From Diadema antillarum (Eukaryota), in contig NW_027271411.1 of NCBI RefSeq assembly GCF_040938485.1, forward strand, positions 496,001 to 560,000: 64,000 nt of DNA, read 5' to 3'. Of this stretch, positions 11,366 through 23,700 are shown one piece after another. Numbering within the stretch: position 1 is the first letter of the stretch; each line of letters begins with the position of its first letter. The position numbers and the translations under genes were made by a program. Below the pieces are notes generated by a model. It searched no databases. It worked only from the letters and a program-made list of their open reading frames with translations, and was not told the DNA's origin.

Positions 11366-14300
11366 TCATTCCGACAAGATATGCCGCCGAAAGGCGGCTA
11401 TGCTTCCATAGATTACAAGCGAATGCTGCCAAAGAGGGGTGCATCAGGTAAACTATATCATTCTTGACATATTAGAGGACTCTGGGTCGATTTTCATGTA
11501 AATTGATCTTGTTAAAAGGACCGTAATCTAATCGCAGATTCAGCTGCTGTGCTTTGAGCTTTTGGCTTTGCAGTAGGGCCTATTACGTTGTCCCATGCAT
11601 TAATTTCGGGGGATGTGATGGGCGACGTTGAACAGTACAGCATCTGTAACCGCATCATGCAGCGCAGCAGCGACCCCAATCATTGCCAATACGTACCGTA
11701 AAGGGTAAATTTACTGTTACTGTGTTACGCTGTTACTGTGTTACAGCGCTCCGCGCCGGGGTTACATCATGTGATCAAAATCCAGGACATTCCGAGACTC
11801 TCCCAGCGTACGCCTACGTCTGTCTGACACAAGCAATTTGTACATGTTAATGTATGTATTAGTAAGTTATCACTGGATTGTACACCTAATCGGAAGGACA
11901 GAGGAGAGAGAGCAAGCAAAACCGTAGCTAGCTACATGTAACTGTAAGTCAAAACATCACAACTGCAACTGAGTGACGTGAGATTGATGAGTGCACAACT
12001 TCGTCTTCACTCTACTAGTCTAAAGCAAGGCTGACACTTGCACGATTCTAGACTGTGGCGCGCATTGGCACGACTTGAGTCGTGCCAGTGCGCAAACTAG
12101 TCGTAAACTGGCGTGAAGTGTGCGTAAACCTGTCGTGACTGCGTGCCATGTCGGGACAAGAATTTTGAACTGTTCAAAATTTTGGTCATGACAAAATTTC
12201 GCGACCGGATCGTGAACTACAATGTGTATGCACAAACTGTTCATGAACTCGTCATGAACTCGTCAGGATGATGCGGGAGGATGCGTGCCAGTGCGTGCCA
12301 GTGCGTGCCATGCCACGACTGTCACGAACTGCCACGAATAGTTCACGAACAGCTCACGTCGAGTTCACAAGTAGTTCACGACATGTTCACGAATTGGTGC
12401 GCGTCGCAACGTGGCCGTGCCTTCCCACTGACATGGTCACGTGTACTTCACGCATTGATGGCATGAGCAGTTCACAACTAGTTTACGCACTTCGCGAACA
12501 GTTTGCGCATGGCACGAGCAGTTCATGACTACTGCGCGACAGTGGCGCTCGTGTCAGTGCGGGAGTATATTGTATACATTATTGTAGGGCTTCCTGGACA
12601 CTGGTCATGCTCGACATTCCTTTGTGACGTTCTTCGAGGTGGGGTTGCCTTTTCTTGCTCTTCTGCCTCTTCCAGCCTTTTCTGCTGCTCTTCAACAATG
12701 GCTAGAGCAGCTGCCAGGTATAGGCATCTTCTCTTCTCTGCAATGATTGTGTCTCTGGCATTCAGCATGTTGTCTCTTCCACAGCCAATCCAAAAATGAC
12801 CAGGGGTTGGGGAGGCCCCCTTTTTATATGCCGTGCCCAAGTCGGCACGACACTGTCCGAATTATGCAAACTCGTCGTGCCAATGCGGGAAGTGCGTAAA
12901 CTATGCGCAAACTATGCGTGAACTCGTCGTGCCAGTTTGTGTCAATGTGGACACTGACGGGCACGCATTCGTGAACTATATTCGTGAACTCGTTCTGAAC
13001 TCGTGAACTATTCGTGAACTACTCGTTAACAGTGCAGGAGCCTCCCAGTTCATGCCCCAAAATGGCATGACTTGCCACGACAAAATTGTGGCCAAAAGTG
13101 GTGCAAGTGTCAGCCTTGCATTAGCCATCATGCCTTCATGGGCTTTATTGCCATGCCAATTGCTGACCTAGGGGGCCTACCTCTAGTCTAATGTCAGTAT
13201 TGACTACCCTGGACCTGGTACATCATGGTACAACATTGTAGTGGTACTGAATTCTCCATGAACGTGATCGCCCATCACGTCGAAGATTCCTTAACAGTTG
13301 AAAGCAATCTGCCCATAATTCGACCATTAATTTACACTCTCCATGGGAGCAGGGGAGGTCAACCTTTGTTGTGGATTTTTACTCGAAATGTTGTAGATCT
13401 ATATAACTAGACACTAAGTGTAACTAAAGTTAAATTTGATAATTGTAGTTTGTAACCATTGTGTTGTCTACTAGTACATGTAGCGCAAGCCACCCATAAT
13501 TGTACTACAGTGCCATCCAAAATTTGACTGCCTGCTGCTGCATGTAGAAACCTGTAATGCCATGGCATTACATTGTGTACAGTGCATTCCCGTTAGAATG
13601 AACATGGTTATAACGAAATTCTGGTTACAACGAATTAAAAATTAGGGCTGCAACATTCGTTTTATGTGTTTTTATTGTTTATTTGTTCACTTATAATGAA
13701 ATTTCGATATAACGAAAGAAAACTGCCAGTTCCTAGGACTTCGTTATAATGGGAGTCCACTGTATTTCCTGATTCACACCCTAATGTTAATCTGCACAAA
13801 TTTCTCTGATATCTCACCTGCTGCCCAGTACCAAATGTGTAGTGTAAGCATTTAGTGGAAAGTATTGACTGGAGTAGTTGTTTTCAGTCACCTTATGAGT
13901 GCTCCCACCCAGAGCAGTACTTGAAAGGAACAACAAAAGTCTCAAAGGTTTACTACACCATGTCTTTTGTTGACCACGTTGTTGCAGTTTTTAGCTCTTT
14001 TTATTTGCTTGTACCAGTAGATTCAACATGCCCCCAAAAAGAGATATCTGAGGATGGATTGAAGATCCTTTTGATTGAATTGCATTTATCTCATTTCCTT
14101 CTTAGGTTATGCAATGTTTGCGATGGCTGGAGGTGTCATGGGATTTGGTTTTGTGACTATGTACTTTAGCAACAGGCAGAGAAGGTAAGTGTAGTTTGTT
14201 TCTTCCTCCTCTTATTTCTTCTACGTTGGTATTGATATTCTTGTTTCGTCCTTTTCTTCAGTTGTAAAGATGCCAGTTTAAGTGATTCTGTTATTCTCAT

Positions 14301-16832
14301 TACAAGCCCTCTCTGATAGTAGATTAATGCCCTCTCCTATTTGAGTATAGTGTTATAATCTGTGAAGTACAATATTGTAGTAAAGGTACATGAACAGTTG
14401 TCTTTAAATGCAAGTACCTCAAAGAAACCTAAAATGGGTTGCTGTAATCAACAAAGAATCCATGGATGCCACTCTAATTTTCAATAAGAACAAGCAAAAA
14501 AAAAAAGTGTGTGTGACAGTGAAATGTACGTTATTTGAACTGCCTTGTGCCAGTTTTTCATGTTTTATTGTTTTTGTATTGTTTGAATTAATTTTGAAAC
14601 AAATTATCTCAAATGGGGCCCCAATTTCTTTTTCGTTAAGTAACGACAAAAACATGTTAATTTGGTGTTTGTTAGTCCATACAGCAAAGTACATTTTCTA
14701 ATTGTTACAAATTAGTCATTGACTGAGCTCATTTGAACCATATTGGCCTCCTGAAATTGCACAGCTATCTCCGTCTGTAGAGATGTTGCTGATAGTCTCT
14801 GATGCTAGACTCAAAAGCCATGTTATTTTATATACTCATTTAATCATTCATTCCAACCATGCAGGTAAAAGCATATTATGAAACTCTCAGTGCAGTACAT
14901 CAGTGGAGACTAATTTCAATCTCATTTTTCCAGGAAATGGATCCAAGAAGACCGTGAATCCAAAATTGCTCTCATCCCACTGGTTCAAGCAGAGCATGAC
15001 CGAGAGTAAGTTGCATTGATTGCAGAGGGTGGTGAGGAGGTTCAGTTGGTAGTGGGTCTGCCTCACATCCAAATGACTCAGGTTCAATTCCCATTGAGTC
15101 TAGCTGAGCACTGTTATGTGTGATGATATACCATTCCCTCTTGTAAGAGGCAAGACACTGTCCTTTGGATGGGACATTCAAATGGAGGTCCCTTGTGTGA
15201 ATTAGTTACAACTCATGCAGGTAAAAGATCCAAGTTCATTCCTTCATTGCAAGTTGCTGGGTGCTAACCTGATGAAGTGGTCAGCTCGTCTACCCACACT
15301 AAAAAAAAATGGGCGAATGATGCCGTCTCCTCGTGGTTTGCCCTAGGTGACTAGCAATTGTCAGCTAATGATATCAACCAGGCACAATGTGTCATACAAA
15401 AAAAAAGAAAGAGATAATGACTGACTTTTTATTTCTGTTTGTTATTATTGTATTATCATTCTTATCATTACCTCCACCAAGGGAGGAGGTTACGGTATGT
15501 TTTCGTTACCGTTGGTTTGTGTACCAGAGTGCGTTCGTTAGTTAGTTTGTCTGTGTGCAAAATAACTCAAAAAGTAGTTAACGGATTGGGATGAAACTTG
15601 CAGGAAAGGTTGAGAATGACACAAGTAACAAACTATTAACTTTTGGTAGTGATCCAAGAATTTTGGGGGAATTTATGAAGGATTGTTGATATTTTGGCAG
15701 GTAGGGTCAATGAACTTGGGAGTTCAGGCTGTGCGTATGTGAAGTTTGCCTGCGCGCACCAAAGTGTGTGCTCTAGTTTCTGCTGGGGCGAGGCGCACTG
15801 TGCAGCTGAGGGTTTATGACGTAACAAAGGCTTCTATATTGGGAAATCAGGCAACTTTCAGCACACAATGCTGTAAGTACATATGGGTGGAAATCATTGA
15901 TATCTCTATGGAAGAACAAGATCAGTGGTGAAAATGATTTGCATGCTTGGCGGAGGTCTGCGCTTTCAGAGTGCTTTTCTTGTTATTATTGTTTTTTTAA
16001 TCATTATAAATCCTACTATACAACACCAACCAACAGTACTATCCTGCTAGTACACCTAGTTATCAGCAGTAGTTATGAAAGCAAATATCTTTAACAGTCT
16101 GGTTTATTTAGATAAGAAAACTTTCAAATAGAAAACATTTGTACCATTGCAACCAAAAAGCTTGTCCGAGCATTGCCTACCATAGACCATGCATCACAAA
16201 ACCAACAAAAATTTGCATGCCAAGATTATATGTGAGGACTCAAAATATAGATGAAATGGGTGAACCTAGTCAGTTATTTAGGTAGGTTAGAAGAGTTCAT
16301 TTGAATTGAATTATACATCATTTAAAACCTTGAAGTCTTTTTTTTTTTTTAGAATCTGCCCTTAACTAGAAATTTGTGTCTGGCAACTTTTTGTTGGCTC
16401 TGTGATGCAGGGTCACATATGGGAACTTGGTAAATGAGATAGCTTGTTACCAGGTTCTCGGTAATCAGGAATTCATAGATACAATGTATTAATACTTGTG
16501 CTAAAAATGCCTCATCATGCGTGCTTTGTATATCTCAGAACTGCCTATCAAAGTTAATATTTCTCACTTGCTCTCTCTTTATCTCTCCATGTTCATTTGT
16601 TTTGTTTTGTGTGGTTGTGTGCTTGTTTGTTGTTAGGGTTCTTCTGAGGTTGCGGTATAACCGAGAGCAGGAGGCAGAGATAATGAAGGACGTGCCTGAC
16701 TGGACTGTTGGGGAGAGCGTCTTCAACTCCAAGAGATGGCATGAGCCGAGTCTCCTGGACCTGTATTTCCTGGAGCCGACCAGTGAGAGGAACAAGATCA
16801 TTCAGGGTTTCAGCACCTTCACGGGATCGTAG
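11357..16832 (+). CDS. NDUFA13: NADH dehydrogenase [ubiquinone] 1 alpha subcomplex subunit 13 (GRIM-19), 145 aa
   Basis: Exons 11357-11447, 14106-14184, 14934-15005, 16637-16832, all GT-AG and phase-compatible (438 nt). Protein [35 protein letters not shown]...[15 protein letters not shown]...[20 protein letters not shown] has the GRIM-19 signature. AATAAA at ~17498. Confidence 0.96.
12025..13119 (-). mobile_element. Internally deleted PIF/Harbinger-type (or ISL2EU) DNA transposon in NDUFA13 intron 1
   Basis: 19-bp perfect TIR GCAAGGCTGACACTTGCAC / GTGCAAGTGTCAGCCTTGC. Interior is rich in TCGTG/CACGA repeats. The minus-strand remnant [28 protein letters not shown] resembles a Harbinger transposase N-terminus. 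TSD ambiguous. Confidence 0.7.
13580..13762. mobile_element. Tc1/mariner (Tigger-like) MITE; inverted second copy at 22952-23145
   Basis: TA|CAGTGCATTCCCGTTA...TAATGGGAGTCCACTG|TA. Confidence 0.75.
15025..15420 (+). mobile_element. tRNA-derived SINE with Deu/Nin-type central domain
   Basis: A-box-like GGTTCAGTTGG, B box GGTTCAATTCC (15081-15091), core CTGTCCTTTGGATGGGACATTCAAATGGAGGTCCC...GTAAAAGATCC resembling the recalled DeuSINE core, A-rich tail. Confidence 0.65.
15467..15984 (+). mobile_element. Helentron-associated non-autonomous element (HINE/DINE-1-like)
   Basis: Subterminal inverted repeat ACCTCCACCAAG (15470-15481) / CTTGGCGGAGGT (15946-15957), GTTT/GTCT-type microsatellite after the 5' block, 3' hairpin GCGCTTTCAGAGTGC, T-rich flanks. 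Confidence 0.65.
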
Positions 16833-18155
16833 ATCGTAGCAGCGGGCATGTCCTGCTGTCGGGTACAATGCAGTCTGGAAAGTCTAGCTGTGTGGAAAGG
16901 TTGGCATGCAAGTATGAAGGGTTTATGTCGAGTGGATGAGCCATGTCAAGTAGAACGTTGAAATTGGTTAGTTCTTTCTTGCTGTGAAATTGAGAAAACT
17001 TGGGGATTTTGATATCAAGCCATCAATAGAAAGTGTGGTCCAAGAAATACCAAAGTCTATCCTTGAACCCTTTCCCTTGTCGGCCGTGTGGGCTGCTCCT
17101 GTGAAAGCTCAGATGGTCAACTTTCTGGATAGTACGCCATGACTGTATTGTACCAATCAGTGTTAGATGATATGTGATATAATGTGGAAATCCTCATATA
17201 AGGTATATGCCTACAGTGATGCAAGTCTGATGTTTCTGACTGTGTGAAATTTTACTTCTTGTGTTTTATCTTCAAAGAAAACAATCACACTTTCATTCAG
17301 CTCTTAGAATATTTCGGGCATTTCTCATTAATTTCAATCAGTCAGGATTGGTAGCTATTGCACAGAGCTAATACGATACTGGTACTTCACGTATGCTGTT
17401 GCTTCATGAACCCCTCAATTGAAATCTCTTTGACCCTGTGGAAGTGAAATTTGACTGTATACCTTGGAAAAATCAGTTGTTACCGAGGTTTATTGTAAAT
17501 AAACTTGTCAAAATGACAATATTGACTCTATGGCAGTCTTCAAGGAGCTTGCTTTAATAGGTGTTCCCTTTTCTGTTTTGTTTTTTCTCTCTCCTGTTTC
17601 TTTAAAGGGAGTTGGCCTCAAATATGTATCGGGATCAAGTGAATGCAACAATGGTGGTAAAACATATTAGTGATAGTTTGAGGAAAATCAGAAAGTCTAT
17701 TCAAAAGCTATGAATTTATATAGTTTATAAAGTTTGTGATGTCATAGTAATAATAAAATGCTAATAAATGAAATATGATATTTTATCCTTTCAGCATAAT
17801 GAAAGAGCACTTGACTTACCTCCTTCAGGAACAGGGGGAATGATATTACCCTTAATATATATCAAGAATAAGTCATTGACGATAAAATTTATGGCATTCT
17901 CGTTACATTTCTTTTTTTATATCCACTTCCGTGATGTCATGAAATGTAGGTTTCTTAAGAAGCAATGGTGGCACTCAAATTTAATAAAAACATTCAAAAT
18001 TCTTAACTATTTTAATGAACTGTCCGGTCTTCCAAAAATTTAACGGATATGTTCTACTATTTCTGCATTCACTGACTCCTCATGCATGGTGTGTATGTTT
18101 TGGGTAAATTCTCCCGTAACTGACTGGGTCATAAAGGACAGAATGGTTATATGGG

Positions 18156-18164
18156 ATGTGTGTG

Positions 18165-18222
<58 letters not shown>
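18156..18222. repeat. (GT)n microsatellite
   Basis: Direct reading; others at ~18850-18878, ~27380-27405, ~63251-63290. Confidence 0.95.
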
Positions 18223-18224
<2 letters not shown>

Positions 18225-18847
18225 CCACACTAAGAATGTGTTCTGTGGAGTGCTTCTACATTTCTGTCAAGCTGTGAATAATACGTATCGTCAGAGTTTC
18301 AAACTCCTTTGTGTGATTTTTTTTTTCTTCATCAGAAATAAAATATTTTCTAATGAAAAACATACCAACAACTGGGTACAGAAGATTGCAAAACATCAAA
18401 TATTGGTGATGATTGTAGTGTCATTATCTAATCTGAAGCTTTTGTTTTGATGCTCCTTTTAATTGTTAAGAATTGGTAAAAAAAAAATTGTAAGATTTAT
18501 GATGCAAGTTTATTCTATCCTATAGGCCTAAATGTGTACTTATGTACAGGTACAGTTTAAACAATTCAACACCATTGAAAAAAAAAATCTGACTGTCAGT
18601 TGGCCACCTGACACAACAGGTCTTTGTAACTTGTGAAGGAGAAATGTCCCCTAAAACATGAAGTCATCTTCAAATTTGTTGCCATTTTTATTTCATTTAA
18701 TTAGTCCTCACGATCTGGATTGTAAAGTAACTCAATTTCTGTTTTATTTTTACGTAAGTTTACTTTGGTCTTGGGAAACATCGCCATTAGTATCCTATGC
18801 TCTTCATGTGTCATGATCATGAAAGGATGAATATATCTTCTTCATTT

Positions 18848-18882
<35 letters not shown>

Positions 18883-19294
18883 GTCATAGCTGAGCAAAAT
18901 AAACACAGTACACCCTCAAATAGTGTAATTTTTCCATAACTGTACTTTGGCTTTAGAACTCATCACCATTATTATCGTTTGATCTTTATGTTTATGTTTC
19001 ATGTTCATAAAAAGTATATATTTCAGGATAAATACATCAGGGTTTTTTTTTTTTTTTTCAGCCAACAATGTTTGTCGAATGTTTGTCATTTATTTTTGAG
19101 TGTGTATGACTGAGGATGAATGTTTTCTCTGGAAACAAAATGAATATCACATTGCATAACTTTCATATTTTGTATATCCATTCCATAGCAAATTTTAATG
19201 CATTCAACATGGCAGCATATTTACAGTTACAGTGTACAATCACATTGCCATCGCAATTAAAAGACAGAGCAGTACAGGCAGACAAGTAGCTTAG

Positions 19295-19859
19295 AGGGCA
19301 AACTCACCTTCATGTTAAAACATATGGATTGAGAGCATACAGCAATATTAGTTGAAAACATTAGTGAAAAGTTTGAGTAAAATTAGACAATCCGTTCAAA
19401 AGTTATATGAGTTTTTTTAAGTTTCAGTTCCGCAATCGCTGGATGTGAAGACTACTAGAGCTTGTGATGTCATACGTGTAGAACGATAAAAGAAAATTTG
19501 ATGTACTTTCACATTTCTCTCATAACAAAAGAGCACAAGACTTGCCTCCTCCAGGAGGCAGGGGGAGTAATATTACCCTTATCATATATGTCAGTTACAA
19601 GTTGAGAGGATGTGCACTTTTTCAAAAAAATGAAATTTTGTAGAATTCTCTTTATATATTCCTTATATTGTTCTATGCATATGACATTATCAACTGTAGT
19701 AGTCTTCCTAACCAGCAGTGACTACAGAAACTTTAAAAAGTCATAACTTTTGAACGGATTGTCTGATTTTCCTCAAACTTTCACTGATGTGTTATACTTA
19801 TATTCATTTGCTGCATTATCTCAATCCACATGTACCGTATATAAAGGTGAACTTGACCT
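19295..19859. mobile_element. Kolobok-like MITE with TTAG target duplication
   Basis: Degenerate TIRs AGGGCAAACTCACCTTCAT / ATAAAGGTGAACTTGACCT; TTAG on both flanks; a related partial copy lies at ~17600-18040. Confidence 0.55.
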
Positions 19860-20734
19860 TTAGAGCATCGGCTAATATTCATGGTGCTCATTTGGAAGCC
19901 GTGTTATCAGGTGTTAGAGCTTAAAACATTTAAATGATGCCATCTACTGTTATCATGTGTACTGAAAACGTGTCCGGAAAAAATGTTACCAAAAATAAAT
20001 AAATGAATAAATAAAATAAGATGTTTCTATAGTAGCTTACATCTTCTTTAAGTTTCCACGTGTTCTGGTCAATATTCTTGGAAGATAATCAATTTTTTCG
20101 TAAAAGTAACTCCTACTTCCAGAGAGGAGATAGACCCAACCTCACTCATCAAAAATGATGAAGAGGGATCACATTATCCTTGAGGAAAACCAGCCTCATG
20201 CCAAATTTATTCCTATACTATACTACACTGATTCTTCTACTACAGTATTTTATACTATAAATACACTGTATGTCCTGGCGTCATTACCTACATACGCGAG
20301 TTCTACAGATTATTATTGAGCATCTCATTCAGATGAATGTAACAGGTCAACCACGGGGGTATGAAACAAAAAGCACTCGGCATTCTATGTTCCTTTCCGC
20401 ATTTACAGTGGATGCATTTTCTCTTGTCAAGCACACTGCGGGGGGCAAAAGACGGTACATGATCAGCTCGTTATCTGTACACTGCAATGAATAAGTTTAA
20501 TGCCAGACAAGACCTCACAAAATGTTGTTAAAAGGTTTCAGCTCTAAATGAATATATTGTATGTAACGTATGAATATATCATTATGATTTGCTCGCTGGG
20601 ATAAAGCAAAAGACAATTCAAGAGCCGCAAACTCGTCTTTAAAAAGTCCAGATTTTTGGCAGCATATGCCAGTTCGAAATCTTTGCTGTCGTCCACAGGT
20701 TACGGACGTTGATGAGCGCCCTCATTCGAGTGAT

Positions 20735-23700
20735 TCAGATAGTGAAGGTTCCAATGGGCACGGAGCTCTTCTGCAGCTTGTTGCTGTCGTACTTGTGGCG
20801 CTCCACCCGCTTGGCCGTGTAGGTGGTGAGATGGGTGGTGTCGAAGTAGCGGTTTTTTTCAATGTGGGCGTCGAAGTGCGAGGCACGGAGCTGTAGGGGG
20901 AACAGGAGGTACTAATATAGGTAACCAACTGATTTTAATCAAAATCTGTATCATATAGGCCTATCATATTACACCAGTTTTACTACATATTGTATTTTAA
21001 TTCATCAAACTTGTAATTCCGTCTCCAATCCCCGCCTGAACGAGAGAGGAAAAAAATGTCGAACTTAGAATCACAAACCCACCCTCAAAAAAAGAAGTTA
21101 AGTTTTAACAGATGAAATAGCAAGCAGGAACTTGACGCTGAATAGGTGAAAACTAAGACTGAAACAAATGAAGGCTCGTGAATTGGAGCTGCAAAAAGTG
21201 GGTTGAAATTAAAATAAATCTGATCTGTCAATTTCTGACTCGGATGTTTGGTCCAACCTTTTGATCAAAATAGATGATATATACAATCCGATATATTTGC
21301 CATACAGACGGTTAAACCAGAATTAAACACTCACTCAAACTGCAAAGCATCTCCGCAGATATCATTATCCGAATGTCATGCTCTATAGGCATACTATTAT
21401 TCTTCACGCGATTTTAAGAAATATGACACAAGGGGGAGGGGAAAGTTTGTGATATTCTCCTTTCAAGGCTGAAGTCTTACCTTGTTGATTTCGTCTCCTT
21501 GGATGACTCCATTAGGAGTGATGCCATTCTTATACGGTGGCGGGAAATCTTCGGTGGTCGTCGACATGTTGTGAAGGTCGCCTGAGAATCGAACACAAAA
21601 TCAGCCTCTTGAGACAAAACCATAGTATATTCATTTGTATTGCAGCTCTTGCCACAGTTTCTTAGAATAGTATCACTGTTGAAATTGACGCAGTTCTACG
21701 GGGAAAAAGTATTATCAGACTATATAATGCTGAACCAGATATCGTGACACCTTATGTAGGCCAAAATGTCATCACTTGATATCATGCAATGATTATTGAA
21801 AGAAGACTGAAAAAAATGTTCTGAATGTTGCGTTCAATTGTATTCTAGATTCACACAATGCGCATCAATGTTTCCAACGAAGAAATGAATGATGTTCAAT
21901 GTATACGTGGCGTTAGAATCGCTATTGCACAACTGGCAGTTAGACTTTTATCTTCTCCCGAAATACAATCAGCGGGGAACAATGATGATGTGCGTATTAA
22001 AGAATAGCAACGTCGTAAATAATCAGTGCAGTGGATTCTTACCGAATCCATCGAGAGGTACGATGCTCTTCTTGTACCCGTCCGCCCGAACGGCAAAGGC
22101 CGAATTACCGAGCGCTGGGTAGGCATCTGATTGGGTGGTTGTGTAGTAGGATGAAAGTTTCCGAGGTTCTCCGAAAGTGACGTCGCTGACCGTTCTCTTC
22201 ATCGCGCCCGAAACGATTTCGTTTCGGAAACCAGATGGGGGCTGGGGTGGACAAAGATAATGATAAGAAAAACAAAACACGCGCAAATTAGACTTTACGA
22301 TAGAGAATCTTGGGTAATTCTTATTTCAGTAAACTTACATGGTCAAATCTTGCGCATCCACCTTTCTTCGACTGCAGCATGGTTACCGGTGTTGGATATA
22401 ATTATCTGGAATTTCAATTCTGATTTTTTTTTTTAAAGTGTAGGCCTACTATATCTCGTCTATATCTCTTTCTGCAAGTTAACTGAGCCATATGCAAACA
22501 ATCAAAGCTGTTGATGGATATGTTTTGATAGGTGTGTGTTTAAAAGGAGCAGAGGAAAACTATTTTTTCTTTTAATATATTCATTTCATATCTTTCCCTA
22601 TCTCGGCTGTGGTCTGGCAAAACTACGCATTTCGTTTGTGGCGATTGTAAGATATTCACATCTAATGTTTAAATGCTTGCCGTTTTTCATAGCGATTAAC
22701 ATAACTTAGAATTGTTTCGATAAAAATGGTGAACTTATAATCTTTTATATAGCTAACTCAAAGTACATGTTCATCATCAACCCAAAGAGATATTTTACTT
22801 TTTTTTTCTTCCAAACTATTCAAGGCATATAATCAACCGCATAATGATGTAGCATGCAGATTTTACAAACGATTATTTTGTAAGTCTATCAATACATCCT
22901 ATATCCATTTCTCAAACTTAATGGCCAACAATAATTGCCATATATAATGTACAGTGGACTCCCTTTATAACGTAGTCCTCGGGACCGGCAGTTTTCTTTC
23001 GTTATATCAAAATTTTGTTATGAACAAACACTTAAACGATTGACAAAAAAAAATAAAGAGATGATAATGTTTCGGTCTGATTTTTTTTATTTCGTTGTAA
23101 CCGGAATTTCGTTATAACCGTGTTCGATATAACGGGAATGCACTGTACATAGTGATGTGAGTGTGCGAGAGGGAGAGAGAGTGGGGGTGTGGCGAGAGAT
23201 CAAGGGAGAAAGGGAAAAGAAAGAGATAGATAATGGAGGGGTCGGATGGGGCTAGAAACTAACCAGCTGATGGTACACAGAGTAGTTAGTTGTAGTTGTT
23301 CTCTCCGTCACTCTGTTGGGATCCAGGTCGCCCGATGGAATGTTGCTGGCGTTGCTGTCGTAGGGCACGAACTTCGTGAAAGCTGTAAGGGATTGAGAGT
23401 CGAGGTTGCATTGAAAGTGGACTGGTTTACCATCGTATACACATTCATTCAGACGATCCAGAAAAAGTTGTTCTGAAAACTAAGAAAGATTGCCCTCTTA
23501 AGGGATCGAAACATCGCATAGACCTACAAGAAATGCCTGCCTTTAGAGCATGGCAGCAGCTTGTTCGTGCAAACTACATAGTTTCCAAATATATATTATA
23601 ATGTACAGTGACTTAAAAGAAAATAAAAGTGTGGAAACGGCTCTGCGTAGCTGATGGGTTTGACAAATTGATAAACGTGGACTACCCACTGCCTGTTTCT

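Noticed and set aside
15030-15105. tRNA gene
   Set aside because: A and B boxes are present but no cloverleaf forms, and the sequence continues into a SINE body.
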